Shown here: piece by piece, positions 1 through 9,980 of the stretch | Layout: every line of letters begins with the position of its first letter | Position numbering within the stretch: the stretch's first letter is position 1 | Source: a virus | Lineage: Duplodnaviria; Caudoviricetes | Reading direction: 5' to 3' (one strand) | DNA: 52,020 bases | Virus record (IMG/VR): IMGVR_UViG_3300034375_010259 | Coordinates: 1 to 52,020 of that record | Position numbers and translations under genes: made by a program | Notes under the pieces: model-generated | What the model was told of the DNA's origin: nothing | Databases searched by the model: none | What the model saw: only the letters and a program-made list of their open reading frames with translations

Positions 1-173
1 TTCCCAAAAAAACCAAAAAATCCTCAAAAGCCCGTAAAAGCCTTTCTAAGCCCTGCAAGAATCTACCCTAGGCTACCCCCCTCAAAGAATCCTAGCAAGG
101 CTGCTAGACCCCAAAAAACGCGCCTCCGGCAGTATCAATCATGACCCCAAAGAAAATTTTTAGACTCAGATGA

Positions 174-201
174 CCGCAAATGGCTAAGTACTTGAAATCA
201 C
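174..201 (+). promoter_or_regulatory. IHF-like bipartite protein-binding motif (ccgcaa..gctaa-N6-gaaatcac)
   Basis: Core TAAGTACTTGAAATCAC is repeated exactly at 289-305. Its reverse complement TTTCAAGTACTTA is one mismatch from the IHF consensus WATCAANNNNTTR. Confidence 0.5.
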
Positions 202-218
202 TACAAACGGCTACAATG

Positions 219-247
219 TTGTACCCTAAGTCCTAACAAGCTATAAT
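219..247 (+). promoter_or_regulatory. sigma70-type promoter for the + arm
   Basis: TTGTAC-17bp-TATAAT upstream of the first gene. Confidence 0.7.
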
Positions 248-319
248 AAACAACAGTAATTATTTTTGAGCAAAATACACAATTCACGTAAGTACTTGAA
301 ATCACGTAAAAGGGGCATC

Positions 320-682
320 ATGCCAGGTTCCACAAAAAAAGACGACTCCAAGCGCCAGCCGCGTCGGAAGAAAATCGAAGGTCGAGTCGTATCCAAAACC
401 GAAGAATACGAAGTCCAAGAAATGCCAAGCCTAGAACGCCTAGTCTCAGACGGCTTGTCCATCATCGGCTCCGAACTAGCCCGCTACCGCAGAAAGACTT
501 CCAAAGGTATCACCCTAGATCTCAAAGAAGCCCGTGTAGTAACCTCATACATAGAAGCCTTAACCAAAATGTCCAAGGAAGCTAGAGAAGCCGCCAAACC
601 CTCCCTACTCGGCGAGATGACTGACGAAGAACTTCTAAAGCTTGTCCAGGACTCAGTATCGGAAAATAAAAATAAATCATGA
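320..682 (+). CDS. putative terminase small subunit / hypothetical protein
   Basis: First gene of the packaging module, small and helical with a basic N-terminus. ATG at 320 follows AGGGG and is preferred to the TTG at 266. The function is positional inference. Confidence 0.4.
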   Translation: MPGSTKKDDSKRQPRRKKIEGRVVSKTEEYEVQEMPSLERLVSDGLSIIGSELARYRRKTSKGITLDLKEARVVTSYIEALTKMSKEAREAAKPSLLGEMTDEELLKLVQDSVSENKNKS

Positions 683-724
683 TTCAATATAATGCGCGAA
701 GCCACATTTTAAAAGGAAAAGCAA

Positions 725-910
725 ATGAGTAATAAACCAACCCTAGAAGAAATCAGCAAACACTACGAGTATCTGTGTTCGCAGCTCGGAGACTGCCAGT
801 ACAATATCCGACAATACGAAAACCGTATGAAAGAACTTTACAATCAAATAGATGCCCTCAACAGCATGGCAAAGGACCTTAAAGCGCAAAGAAGCGAGGA
901 AGTAAAATAA
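725..910 (+). CDS. hypothetical coiled-coil protein
   Basis: AAGGA RBS; 61 aa; stop coupled to the next ATG. Confidence 0.7.
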   Translation: MSNKPTLEEISKHYEYLCSQLGDCQYNIRQYENRMKELYNQIDALNSMAKDLKAQRSEEVK

Positions 911-1392
911 TGAAACAAGCCCCATACAATATCCGCGAAGCGGAGACTAAAGATGTTCCCTTCATATTTAACTCATGGCTAAAGTCCTACCGAAACAGTA
1001 ACTTTGCCAGACCACTAGAAAATACAATATATTTCTCCGAACACCATAAAGTGATCGAACGAGTCTTACAGCACCACGGAGTCATCATAGCTTGCAACCC
1101 AGAAGATCCTTCTCAAATCTACGGGTTCCTTTGCGCCGGCTATGTTGATGGAATCCTAGTACTGCACTATGCCTACGTCAAACAACCTTTCAGGAAACTA
1201 GGAATAGCCAAAGCACTACTAAACTGCCTGGAACAGCCCGACGACTCAGCCATCCTATATACGCACCAAACGAGAGTTGCACAAACAGTCGCGCCAAGGT
1301 ACAATATGATATACCACCCGTACCTAGCCTATGACTTAGCAGCCTACCTAGGACTTAAAAACGGAGAAGACAGTGAAGCCGATAAAGATTAA
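910..1392 (+). CDS. GNAT-family acetyltransferase
   Basis: IREAETKDV start; LHYAYVKQPFRKLGIAKALL acetyl-CoA binding motif A. Confidence 0.8.
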   Translation: MKQAPYNIREAETKDVPFIFNSWLKSYRNSNFARPLENTIYFSEHHKVIERVLQHHGVIIACNPEDPSQIYGFLCAGYVDGILVLHYAYVKQPFRKLGIAKALLNCLEQPDDSAILYTHQTRVAQTVAPRYNMIYHPYLAYDLAAYLGLKNGEDSEADKD

Positions 1393-1711
1393 AATTAAAG
1401 ACATCGAATGGTCCTTCGCAGTACTAGGCGACAAAGAGTATGTAAGAAAACACGGCGCCGACTCTCAAGGCATCACAGACAAAGATGATAAACTAGTTCA
1501 CTTTAAAGAATCACGCCTATCACTAGCCTTAGTAAAGCACGAACTGCTTCACGTATACTTCAGTAGTTGTTGTATAGACAGCGCCACCGAACTCCAAGCC
1601 GAAGACGCGGAAGAAATAGCAGCAGAAATAATAGCGCACCACGGAGAAGATCTGCTAAAAATATCAAAAAAGCTCTACAACAGCCTGAAGGAGATTGAGC
1701 TAGATGAATAG
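1373..1711 (+). CDS. small HExxH zinc metallopeptidase-like protein
   Basis: KHELLH plus downstream EEIAAE; GTG start after GGAG. Confidence 0.65.
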   Translation: MKPIKIKIKDIEWSFAVLGDKEYVRKHGADSQGITDKDDKLVHFKESRLSLALVKHELLHVYFSSCCIDSATELQAEDAEEIAAEIIAHHGEDLLKISKKLYNSLKEIELDE

Positions 1712-1928
1712 AGCAGACAGAGTCATAATATTCTCGCGAGTAAAAAAAGCTGTGATAAACATCCTATCATCAGTCTTCACAGCCATAGAAACCGCGACCG
1801 ATAGAAACACAGTAACCTTAAACGGAGTAAAATATGTAAGAGCGTCCACCTTGAAAATGGAGCTAAGATCAATAAGAACAGAAACTTTAACGCAAGTTAG
1901 AAAACTAGGAGAAGGCTATGAGCAATAA
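1704..1928 (+). CDS. hypothetical protein
   Basis: Overlapping operon-style ORF with GGAG RBS. Confidence 0.6.
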   Translation: MNRADRVIIFSRVKKAVINILSSVFTAIETATDRNTVTLNGVKYVRASTLKMELRSIRTETLTQVRKLGEGYEQ

Positions 1929-2184
1929 AGAAGAATTAAGTGAACTATCAGAAGTAACTGAACAAAACTCAGAAGAACTAGTAGAAGAATTAAAAGAGTC
2001 CCGTCCTGCACATCAGATAGACGGCGACGTTTTCAACTACATCAAAAGGCTTCAAAAGCCTAGACTAAAAATGATGAGCAAAAACCAACTAATAGATGCT
2101 CTCATCGTCATGTCTATTCAACAAACAGAACTAAAACAAGCTCTAAAACAACTAATGGAAGAAAAGGAATCAACAGATGAATAA
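1918..2184 (+). CDS. hypothetical protein
   Basis: AGGAG RBS; overlaps both neighbours. Confidence 0.65.
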   Translation: MSNKEELSELSEVTEQNSEELVEELKESRPAHQIDGDVFNYIKRLQKPRLKMMSKNQLIDALIVMSIQQTELKQALKQLMEEKESTDE

Positions 2185-2881
2185 GATCATGACGCTACTA
2201 GCAACCCTACTAATCTCGTTCCAAGCTAGAGCACTAAACTTAAATACTGCAAACACGGTAAACCTCCGAGGATCTATAAACGAATCCTCAGTAGCAAAAG
2301 CCTACCAAGACATTGAAAGCCTTAGAAACCTTAGAGGTGTTGCAAAGTATCCAATATACTTAGTAGTCAACAGTCCAGGGGGAAGCGTACTTCAAGGCAT
2401 GAAACTCATCAAGTACATGAAGACCGTTCCAAACCTAAAAGTTATCTGCTTATTCTGCGCCTCTATGGCTCATGCAATATTACAACATCATCCAGAAGAA
2501 AGACTTATACTAGAAGATTCAATGCTCATGGCTCACCGAGCTTCAGCGACCTTCAGAGGTCAATTCGCGCAAGGAGAAGTAGAAAGCACTTTAAAAGTTC
2601 TCTCAGCTCTAATAAACTACCTGGAGTCTATAACAGCCAACCGAATAGGACTAAGCCTAAAAGACTACAAACAAAAAATCATAAACGAGTGGTGGACTTT
2701 CGGAGCAGAATCAATAAAACAAAACGTAGCTGACAGAGTAATCACTATAAACTGTAGTCGAGAACTAGAAAAGAAACAAGACATAACAATAGAGGAGTCC
2801 TTTTTCGGACAATTTAAAATAGCCCACTCAGGATGCCCCCTTATAGAATTTGAAATCCCAGTAAAAGAAAAGAAAAAATAG
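2177..2881 (+). CDS. ClpP/crotonase-like (S14/S49) serine protease with N-terminal signal peptide
   Basis: YLVVNSPGGSV, CASMA (catalytic Ser), LMAHRA (His), NVADRVI; N-terminus MNKIMTLLATLLISFQARA. Confidence 0.8.
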   Translation: MNKIMTLLATLLISFQARALNLNTANTVNLRGSINESSVAKAYQDIESLRNLRGVAKYPIYLVVNSPGGSVLQGMKLIKYMKTVPNLKVICLFCASMAHAILQHHPEERLILEDSMLMAHRASATFRGQFAQGEVESTLKVLSALINYLESITANRIGLSLKDYKQKIINEWWTFGAESIKQNVADRVITINCSRELEKKQDITIEESFFGQFKIAHSGCPLIEFEIPVKEKKK

Positions 2882-2889
2882 GAGAAACC

Positions 2890-3216
2890 ATGAAGATAGA
2901 AAACATTAGAAACGTAAGACTCTACCAAGCTGTAAAATTTGACGGTAAATCAGACACCTTTTTTACCATTGACACTACTCCATCCAGACGAGGAGTTCAA
3001 CTATCAATAGTAGAAAACATCGGCGTACTAATTGAAAACGAGCGTGACGCCATTCTAGTTCCTTTTCCAAACATCTCAGGGATCTACTTAAAAACAGATC
3101 ACCACAAGAAAGAAGAAAAGAAAAAACAAGAACTAGCTGACGAAGCGGAACGAACCAAAGTACTAGCTCCACCTAAAAAGGTAAAGCGTGATCCGATCGG
3201 AGCTAAAAGACTTTAA
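2890..3216 (+). CDS. hypothetical protein
   Basis: AGGAG RBS; TAATG coupling to the terminase gene. Confidence 0.7.
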   Translation: MKIENIRNVRLYQAVKFDGKSDTFFTIDTTPSRRGVQLSIVENIGVLIENERDAILVPFPNISGIYLKTDHHKKEEKKKQELADEAERTKVLAPPKKVKRDPIGAKRL

Positions 3217-4703
3217 TGGTTAAAAAGCCCATATCCAAACAAGCAATACTTGACGAACTAAGACGGAGACAGGAAAAAGTACTTGAAGAAGCTACTCGTC
3301 CTGTTTTCGTCTTCCAAGAACATTGTTTCGATAAACAAACCGAGTTCTTCAAAGGCGAAGGACCTAGATTCCGCTGCGTCGTTGCCAGTCGTCGTGCGGG
3401 AAAAACAGTAGGAATCGCAGCAGACATGATCGACACCTGTAGAACCGAACCAAACGTCCGATGTCTCTACATAACACTATCAAAACGAAATGCAAAAAAC
3501 ATCATTTGGGGCGACCTTCAAAGGATTGTAGAAGACTACGAAATAGAATGCAAAGCAAACGAAGTAGAACTAACTCTCACATTCCCCAACGGCTCAAAGC
3601 TACACATCGAAGGAGCCAAGGATAAATCAGAAATAGAAAAGTACCGAGGCTGGAAGCTAAGAAAGTGCTATATCGACGAAGCCCAGTCCTTCAGAAGCTA
3701 CATAAAAGATCTAGTAGACGACATCATCGCACCCGCTCTGCGAGACTTACGAGGTGAACTATACCTAACCGGAACGCCTGGTCCTATTCCGACCGGATAT
3801 TACTACGATTGCTCCCAATCTACCACATGGAAAAACCACCACTGGACTGCATTCGATAATCCATACATGCACAACCCCGCCGAAGGTCTTGACCTAGAAG
3901 AAACTCTAGCGGAAGAACGAGAACTCCGAGGCATTGATGAATCAGATCCTTCATACCGACGAGAAACTTTTGGAGAATGGATAGAAGATCAAGACTCTCT
4001 AGTCTTCAAGTATAATGAAGGCGTCAACCACTACGAGGAAATCCCAGAAGGCGACTACACCTACATCATGGGAGTAGACGTTGGATACGACGACGCTGAC
4101 GCCATAGCCATCCTAGGATACTCAGCAAAGCACAATCAAGTATACCTAGTCGAAGAATACCTAATGGCTAAGAAAACAATCTCACAACTAGCAGACATGA
4201 TCATCGAACTTGACATAAAATACAACTGCGTTAAAAAAGTAATCGACTCAGGCGGTCTCGGAAAGAAAATACAAGAAGAAATCATGCAACGATACGGCAT
4301 CACCTTAGAAGCCGCCGAAAAGCAGCGAAAAATAGAATTTATCGAACTAATGAACGCCGACCTCCGCAAAGGCGTCGTCAAAGCTAAAAAGGATTCTGCA
4401 TTCGCTGAAGACTGCCGACTCATTCAATGGGACCGAGATAAGTCCTCCCCCGACAAAAGAGTCATATCCAGCATCTACCACTCTGACATCGCTGATGCAG
4501 TCCTTTACGGATACCGAGAAGCTAGACACTATCTCTACAAGCCTACCCCCGCCAAACACAAAATAGGAACCAACGCCTACATGGAAGAACTAGAAGCCAT
4601 AGAAGCTGAGAAAATGGAAAACGCTAAAAACAAGCACGAGTTGCTGGACCTAGACGAAGATGATATAATAGAACTAGAATCCATGATGGACGAAATCCTA
4701 TAA
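3216..4703 (+). CDS. terL: terminase large subunit
   Basis: Walker A SRRAGKT, Walker B CYIDEAQ, coupling motif TGTP, RNase H-like nuclease GVDVG..D and HSDIADA. Confidence 0.95.
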   Translation: MVKKPISKQAILDELRRRQEKVLEEATRPVFVFQEHCFDKQTEFFKGEGPRFRCVVASRRAGKTVGIAADMIDTCRTEPNVRCLYITLSKRNAKNIIWGDLQRIVEDYEIECKANEVELTLTFPNGSKLHIEGAKDKSEIEKYRGWKLRKCYIDEAQSFRSYIKDLVDDIIAPALRDLRGELYLTGTPGPIPTGYYYDCSQSTTWKNHHWTAFDNPYMHNPAEGLDLEETLAEERELRGIDESDPSYRRETFGEWIEDQDSLVFKYNEGVNHYEEIPEGDYTYIMGVDVGYDDADAIAILGYSAKHNQVYLVEEYLMAKKTISQLADMIIELDIKYNCVKKVIDSGGLGKKIQEEIMQRYGITLEAAEKQRKIEFIELMNADLRKGVVKAKKDSAFAEDCRLIQWDRDKSSPDKRVISSIYHSDIADAVLYGYREARHYLYKPTPAKHKIGTNAYMEELEAIEAEKMENAKNKHELLDLDEDDIIELESMMDEIL

Positions 4704-4722
4704 CTAACAAAATTACAAGGAT

Positions 4723-4974
4723 ATGCAAATGATAACAAACCTAGATCAACTCAAAAAGCTCATAGAATGGTGCAAAGACAATAAAATTAAAAAGTTAAAG
4801 CTCCAGGACATTGAATTTGAGATCTCAGAACTCGACTTTCTTCCCGAAGAAGGCAAAGCTCTGACGCTAGGAAACAGCAATATACGAGAATTTAACACAG
4901 AAACCCTTACTGACACCTCAAAAGATCAGTCCATAATCGACGATGAGGATCTATACTGGTCATCAAACACTTAA
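4723..4974 (+). CDS. hypothetical protein
   Basis: AAGGA RBS; lies between terminase and portal; acidic C-terminus. Confidence 0.7.
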   Translation: MQMITNLDQLKKLIEWCKDNKIKKLKLQDIEFEISELDFLPEEGKALTLGNSNIREFNTETLTDTSKDQSIIDDEDLYWSSNT

Positions 4975-4983
4975 GGATAGCAA

Positions 4984-6924
4984 ATGGCACTAGATAACTG
5001 GAACCGTAATAACCCTTATTGGTGGAAGGAAAAAGCTGACGAACTTCACAAGAGCGTCTTTCCTAAAATAAAGCACCTTGACGAGCAGCAATCCTACAGA
5101 AGTGCCGCCAATCTACGCCACATGAGACTTTATGGCAACTTCGAACTCATGGGACTTCAAAACTACCAATACGCCCGCCAATCCTCAGCATACAACACAA
5201 CCAACCGAGTAACTTTCAACATCGTTCAAAGTATGATCGATACGGTAGTTTCAAAAATTACAAAAAACCGTCCAAAGCCCACTTTCCTCACAGACGGGGG
5301 CGACTTCAGCCTTCAACAGCGTGGAAAAAAACTAGGAAAGTTCGCAGAAGGCAGATTCCAATCCGCAAAATACTATCAAATCGCAACACAAGCATTCATG
5401 GACGCTTGTATCTTCGGAACCGGCGCCATAAAATTCTTTCGTGACGGAACAGAAATAAAAGCCGAAAGAGTCATGATCGACGAAATCATCATCGACGACA
5501 GCGAAGCCTTATACGGAGCCCCTAGACAGATTCATCAGAAAAAACAAATCCACAAGGACATGGTTAAAGCAATGTTCCCTGACAAACATGGATTCATCGA
5601 TCAACTAGGCTTAGGATCTGAATACTACAACTCAAACACTCAAAACGACATGATCACAGTCGTAGAATCCTGGCATTTACGCTCCGGAAAAGACGCAGAC
5701 GACGGAAAACACACAATCACTATCGAAAACTGCACCCTATTCGAAGAAGAATATACCAAAGACTATCTACCATTCGTATTCATCCGATGGGGAACTCGAC
5801 CTCTAGGATTCTTCGGACAAGGTATCGCAGAACAGCTAATGGGTATCCAGCTAGAGATCAACAAAATCCTAAAAACGATCCAAGTCTCCATGCACCTTAC
5901 AAGTATTCCAAAAGTATTCGTGGAAGCCTCCTCTAAAGTTGTAACGGCTCACCTAGATAACAAAATAGGCGGAGTCATCAAATACGTAGGAACTAAACCC
6001 TCCTATGAATCAGTAAGCGCAATCCCTCAAGATCTTTTTCAGCACCTTGACAGGCTTTTCAACCGCGCATACGAAATCATCGGAATATCCCAACTATCCG
6101 CACAATCTGCAAAACCAGCAGGACTTGAAAGTGGTAAAGCCTTACGTGAATTTACCGACATCGAATCAGAAAGATTCCAAGCCGTAGGCATGAGATATGA
6201 AGAATCATTCATGGAAGCTGCAAAAATTTTCATCGACATGTCAAAAGACATCTACGAAGAAACCGGCGAAATGAAAGTAAAAGTAAAAGGCGAAGGATTC
6301 CTTGAAACAATAGACTGGAAAGAAATAGATCTAAAAGAAGATCAATACATGATGCAAATCTACCCAACCTCCTCTCTATCAAAGCACCCATCAGGAAGGC
6401 TATCAGACATTCAGGAACTAATGCAAGCAGGCTTAATCGATCCAAAACTAGGCTTAAAACTCCTAGACTTCCCAGACTTAAAATCTGCAATGGATAGAGA
6501 AAACGCCGCCATAGAAGACATCGAAGCTACTATCGAGCGCATCATAGACAAAGGAGAATACTCAACTCCAGAACCTTACCAGGATCTACAAATGGGTATC
6601 AAGCTAATGCAACAATCATACCTTCTATATAGAAACAAAAACGTCCCAGAAGACCGTTTAGAACTTCTCACTAGATGGATCGAAGACGCAAACGAGCTTA
6701 TGACTCGCGCCGCCACACCAGAAGTCTCAGATAAAGAACTCATGGCAAACGAAGAAGAACTCATGACTCAAGAAGGTCAACTACCTCAGGAGCTACCTCC
6801 GGAAATGGCGGGATTACCGCCGGAAGCCGCAATGCCAGAAGCCCCCATGCCAGACGCCGGTATGCCCGTAGAACCAACCGCTGTACCAGAAGTTCCGCCA
6901 ACATCGGATCTTTTGCCAGTATAA
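4984..6924 (+). CDS. portal protein (P22/T7-like head-tail connector)
   Basis: 646 aa after terL; LPFVFIRW..RPLGFFGQGIAEQL and ESGKAL portal-like segments; Pro/Glu-rich tail. Confidence 0.85.
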   Translation: MALDNWNRNNPYWWKEKADELHKSVFPKIKHLDEQQSYRSAANLRHMRLYGNFELMGLQNYQYARQSSAYNTTNRVTFNIVQSMIDTVVSKITKNRPKPTFLTDGGDFSLQQRGKKLGKFAEGRFQSAKYYQIATQAFMDACIFGTGAIKFFRDGTEIKAERVMIDEIIIDDSEALYGAPRQIHQKKQIHKDMVKAMFPDKHGFIDQLGLGSEYYNSNTQNDMITVVESWHLRSGKDADDGKHTITIENCTLFEEEYTKDYLPFVFIRWGTRPLGFFGQGIAEQLMGIQLEINKILKTIQVSMHLTSIPKVFVEASSKVVTAHLDNKIGGVIKYVGTKPSYESVSAIPQDLFQHLDRLFNRAYEIIGISQLSAQSAKPAGLESGKALREFTDIESERFQAVGMRYEESFMEAAKIFIDMSKDIYEETGEMKVKVKGEGFLETIDWKEIDLKEDQYMMQIYPTSSLSKHPSGRLSDIQELMQAGLIDPKLGLKLLDFPDLKSAMDRENAAIEDIEATIERIIDKGEYSTPEPYQDLQMGIKLMQQSYLLYRNKNVPEDRLELLTRWIEDANELMTRAATPEVSDKELMANEEELMTQEGQLPQELPPEMAGLPPEAAMPEAPMPDAGMPVEPTAVPEVPPTSDLLPV

Positions 6925-6976
6925 TAAAAAACTGCCGAAAGGCGAGCAATTACGCTCAACTAAGTAAGGAGACAAC

Positions 6977-7966
6977 ATGTCAGAACAAGCCGCACAAACA
7001 GCACAAGTAGTAGAATCAGGAAATTCGCACGATGGAACAAGCGAAGCCTACGCTCAACACGATGCCAACACTCAATTAGAACAATCCATGAATCAGAGTC
7101 AAACTGAACAGGTTCTAAAACCCGCTGGAGAAACTTCCGAAGAATCTCAGGAAGTGGAAACACAGCAACAACAACAAGAGCAAAAGGATCAATTCTCCTC
7201 AAAATTCGCAGCCTTATCAAAGCGCGAACGTGCTATCCGAGAAAAAGAAGCCGCTTTAGAGCAAAAAATCGCAGAATTAGAAGAACGTATGTCCTCTATG
7301 CAGCAAGAACCAGAGCAGCGCGAAGTAATGGAAACTTCAAGCGAGCCAGAACTACCTTTAGAATACCGACTAAAGCGAAACCCTCTGCAGACATTAGAAG
7401 AACTTGGACTAAACTTCGAAACTTTAACAAATCTAGCTTTAAATGACGGGAATTTAACCCCCGAAATGAAAATGGAACTCATGAAGCAAGATTTAGACTC
7501 TAAATATTCCAAAGAGTTAGAAGAAATCAAAAATCAGCTTCTAGAAAAGGAACAAAGAGAAGAACAGAGAAAACACGAAGAAGTTATTGAAAACTTTAAA
7601 TATCAGCTAACAAATTTCATTAATAATAACGAGAACTATGAACTCATTAGAGCGAATGACGCTTCTAGCGTAGTTTTTGACGTAATCGAGGAGCATTGGA
7701 AGGCAACTGGACGAGTCATGAGCAACGAAGAAGCAGCAGACCAAGTAGAGGCGTATCTGGAGGAGGAAGCAGACCGTCTTTTCAAGAACACAAGTAAACT
7801 CAAAAGCCGATATAGCTCGGCACCGGAGCCAATGCCAACTAAAGAAGTAAAGAGTAGCCCAACACTCTCAAACAGTCTTACGTCGCCTCAAACAGAGACA
7901 AAGCGAAAACTGACGAAAGATGAGTCAATAGCCGCCGCGGCAAGTTTGCTAAGGTGGAATGAATAA
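6977..7966 (+). CDS. capsid scaffolding protein
   Basis: Acidic, Gln-rich coiled coil between portal and major capsid. Confidence 0.75.
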   Translation: MSEQAAQTAQVVESGNSHDGTSEAYAQHDANTQLEQSMNQSQTEQVLKPAGETSEESQEVETQQQQQEQKDQFSSKFAALSKRERAIREKEAALEQKIAELEERMSSMQQEPEQREVMETSSEPELPLEYRLKRNPLQTLEELGLNFETLTNLALNDGNLTPEMKMELMKQDLDSKYSKELEEIKNQLLEKEQREEQRKHEEVIENFKYQLTNFINNNENYELIRANDASSVVFDVIEEHWKATGRVMSNEEAADQVEAYLEEEADRLFKNTSKLKSRYSSAPEPMPTKEVKSSPTLSNSLTSPQTETKRKLTKDESIAAAASLLRWNE

Positions 7967-7998
7967 CTTTAACTTTAATTTACTTTTAGGAGTATAAA

Positions 7999-9207
7999 AT
8001 GGCTTTGGACCTAACTTCATTTGACGCTGCACTTAAGCAGCACTACACAAGCGACCGTATCGAGAATATGGTTTACTCAGACAACCCACTTCTTGCTATG
8101 ATTGCAAAATATGAGCAATTCGGTGGACGTAACCTTCCAGTTCCTATTGTTTATGGAAACCCACAAGGACGTTCTGCTACTTTCAGTACTGCTCAAGCTA
8201 ATAAGACAAACAGCCAATTGGTTGACTTTGTTCTTACTAGAGATAAAGACTACTCTTTAGCTTCTATCGATAACGAAACACTAGAAGCTTCTAAAGGTAA
8301 CGCAAACGCTTTTATGGAAGCTGCTACTTTAGAAATCGACGGCGCTATCAACTCTAACACTCGTTCATTAGCTATCGCTATGTACGGATCTGGATCTGGT
8401 TCAATCGGTCAGGTTAGCGCTGGAACAACTGGTACTTCTATCCAACTTAAAAACGTAGAAGACGTTACTAACTTTGAAGTTGGAATGGAAATCGTTGTTT
8501 CTACTGCTGACGGCGGTGGATCTGTTAAATCAGGAACAATCACTGTAAACGGTGTTAATCGTGACTCTGGCGTTTTAACTGTTGACGCTGCTTCTGCTAT
8601 CGACGGCGGAACAGGTGTTGCTACTGACGATTACATCTTCGTAGAAGGTGACTACGATCTAAAACTTAAAGGTCTTGCTGCATGGCTTCCTGCTTCTGCT
8701 CCAGGCGGATCTGACAGTTTCTTCTCTGTAAACCGATCTGTTGACGCTACTCGTCTTGCTGGTATCCGATATGACGGATCTGCCGAGCCAATCGAAGAAG
8801 CTCTAATCGGCGCTGCTTCAAGAGTAGGTAGAGAAGGTGGAAAACCAACTCACTGTTTCCTAAGCTACAGCAAGTATGCTGACTTAGAAAAAGCTCTTGG
8901 ATCAAAAGTTCAATATGTTGACGAAAGAGTTAATGTTGAAATTGCCTTCCGTGGAATCATGGTAAACGGACCTCGTGGACCGATCAAGGTTATGCCTGAT
9001 CAAAACTGTCCAGAAGACGTTGCTTACATGCTTCAAATGGATACTTGGAAACTTTACAGTTTAGGTAAAGCTCCTAAGATCCTTGATTCTGACGGAATGA
9101 AAATGTTGCGTGAATCTGGCGCTGACGCTGTAGAAGTTCGAATCGGCTACTACGCTCAGATGGGCTGTAAAGCTCCTGGATACAACGCTCGTATTCAACT
9201 TGCATAA
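7999..9207 (+). CDS. major capsid protein
   Basis: 402 aa after scaffold; strong RBS; highly biased codons; followed by a terminator. Confidence 0.85.
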   Translation: MALDLTSFDAALKQHYTSDRIENMVYSDNPLLAMIAKYEQFGGRNLPVPIVYGNPQGRSATFSTAQANKTNSQLVDFVLTRDKDYSLASIDNETLEASKGNANAFMEAATLEIDGAINSNTRSLAIAMYGSGSGSIGQVSAGTTGTSIQLKNVEDVTNFEVGMEIVVSTADGGGSVKSGTITVNGVNRDSGVLTVDAASAIDGGTGVATDDYIFVEGDYDLKLKGLAAWLPASAPGGSDSFFSVNRSVDATRLAGIRYDGSAEPIEEALIGAASRVGREGGKPTHCFLSYSKYADLEKALGSKVQYVDERVNVEIAFRGIMVNGPRGPIKVMPDQNCPEDVAYMLQMDTWKLYSLGKAPKILDSDGMKMLRESGADAVEVRIGYYAQMGCKAPGYNARIQLA

Positions 9208-9218
9208 TTAAACTAACG

Positions 9219-9252
9219 ACTAGGGGAGCCTTCGGGCTTCCTTAGTTTTTTT
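9219..9252 (+). terminator. Rho-independent terminator
   Basis: ACTAGGGGAGCC-TTCG-GGCTTCCTTAGT stem with a cUUCGg tetraloop followed by a T run. Confidence 0.9.
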
Positions 9253-9303
9253 AAGCAGCGGGGTAGCCTCCCTCTGACTAAATGACTAACAAGGAGTCAC
9301 ACC

Positions 9304-9681
9304 ATGGCAAACAGAAATTTTCACAGATTACAATCATTAACAAGAGAAGTAAAAGTACTTCACGCAAAAGTAGCTATCGGAGCTTCTGGAGCGCCAACAC
9401 TTGACGCCGACAACAGCGTAGGTGTAGCATCAGTAACTCGCGACAGCGCCGGTGTTTACATCGTAACTTTAGATGACAAGTACAACGCACTAGTAGGCTT
9501 TGACGTTAAGCAAATTTTTGCAACAGCAGAAGACCTTACTTTTCAAATCGAATCAGAAGCCGTAGCAACTTCTAAGACTGTTCAATTTCAGTGTAAAGCT
9601 GCTGCTGTTGAAACTGATCCTTCAGATGGAAGTACTCTTCTTATCAAACTAGAGCTTAAAAACACTAGCGTTAGAAGATAA
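9304..9681 (+). CDS. putative head decoration / minor structural protein
   Basis: Beta-rich, SVTRDSAGVYIVTL motif; directly after the capsid gene. Confidence 0.55.
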   Translation: MANRNFHRLQSLTREVKVLHAKVAIGASGAPTLDADNSVGVASVTRDSAGVYIVTLDDKYNALVGFDVKQIFATAEDLTFQIESEAVATSKTVQFQCKAAAVETDPSDGSTLLIKLELKNTSVRR

Positions 9682-9708
9682 CTAGTCTATTAACAAAAAG
9701 GACTAAAA

Positions 9709-9972
9709 ATGTTACTGAAGGACAAAAGAAAAGGTTTAGCGACAATAATCATCAAACGTATTGGAAAACCATCAATGGATTCCGGATACAAAGAAGAAAT
9801 GTCGCAGCACAAGCCTGAAGGCGAAGTTGACAACGACATGGCAAAAAGCGCCTGTTGCGATGGAATCATCAACGCTATCGAGTCCAAAGACTCTAAAGCT
9901 CTTAAACGTCATTTACTACAATTCCTAGAAATGGCAAAAGAGCATGATGATCCTATGCACAAAGAAGACTAA
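9709..9972 (+). CDS. hypothetical protein
   Basis: AAGGA RBS; 87 aa. Confidence 0.7.
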   Translation: MLLKDKRKGLATIIIKRIGKPSMDSGYKEEMSQHKPEGEVDNDMAKSACCDGIINAIESKDSKALKRHLLQFLEMAKEHDDPMHKED

Positions 9973-9980
9973 CCAATTTT

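Noticed and set aside
9180-9310. T7-like programmed frameshift extending the major capsid protein
   Set aside because: No slippery heptamer near the stop, and a strong terminator follows immediately.
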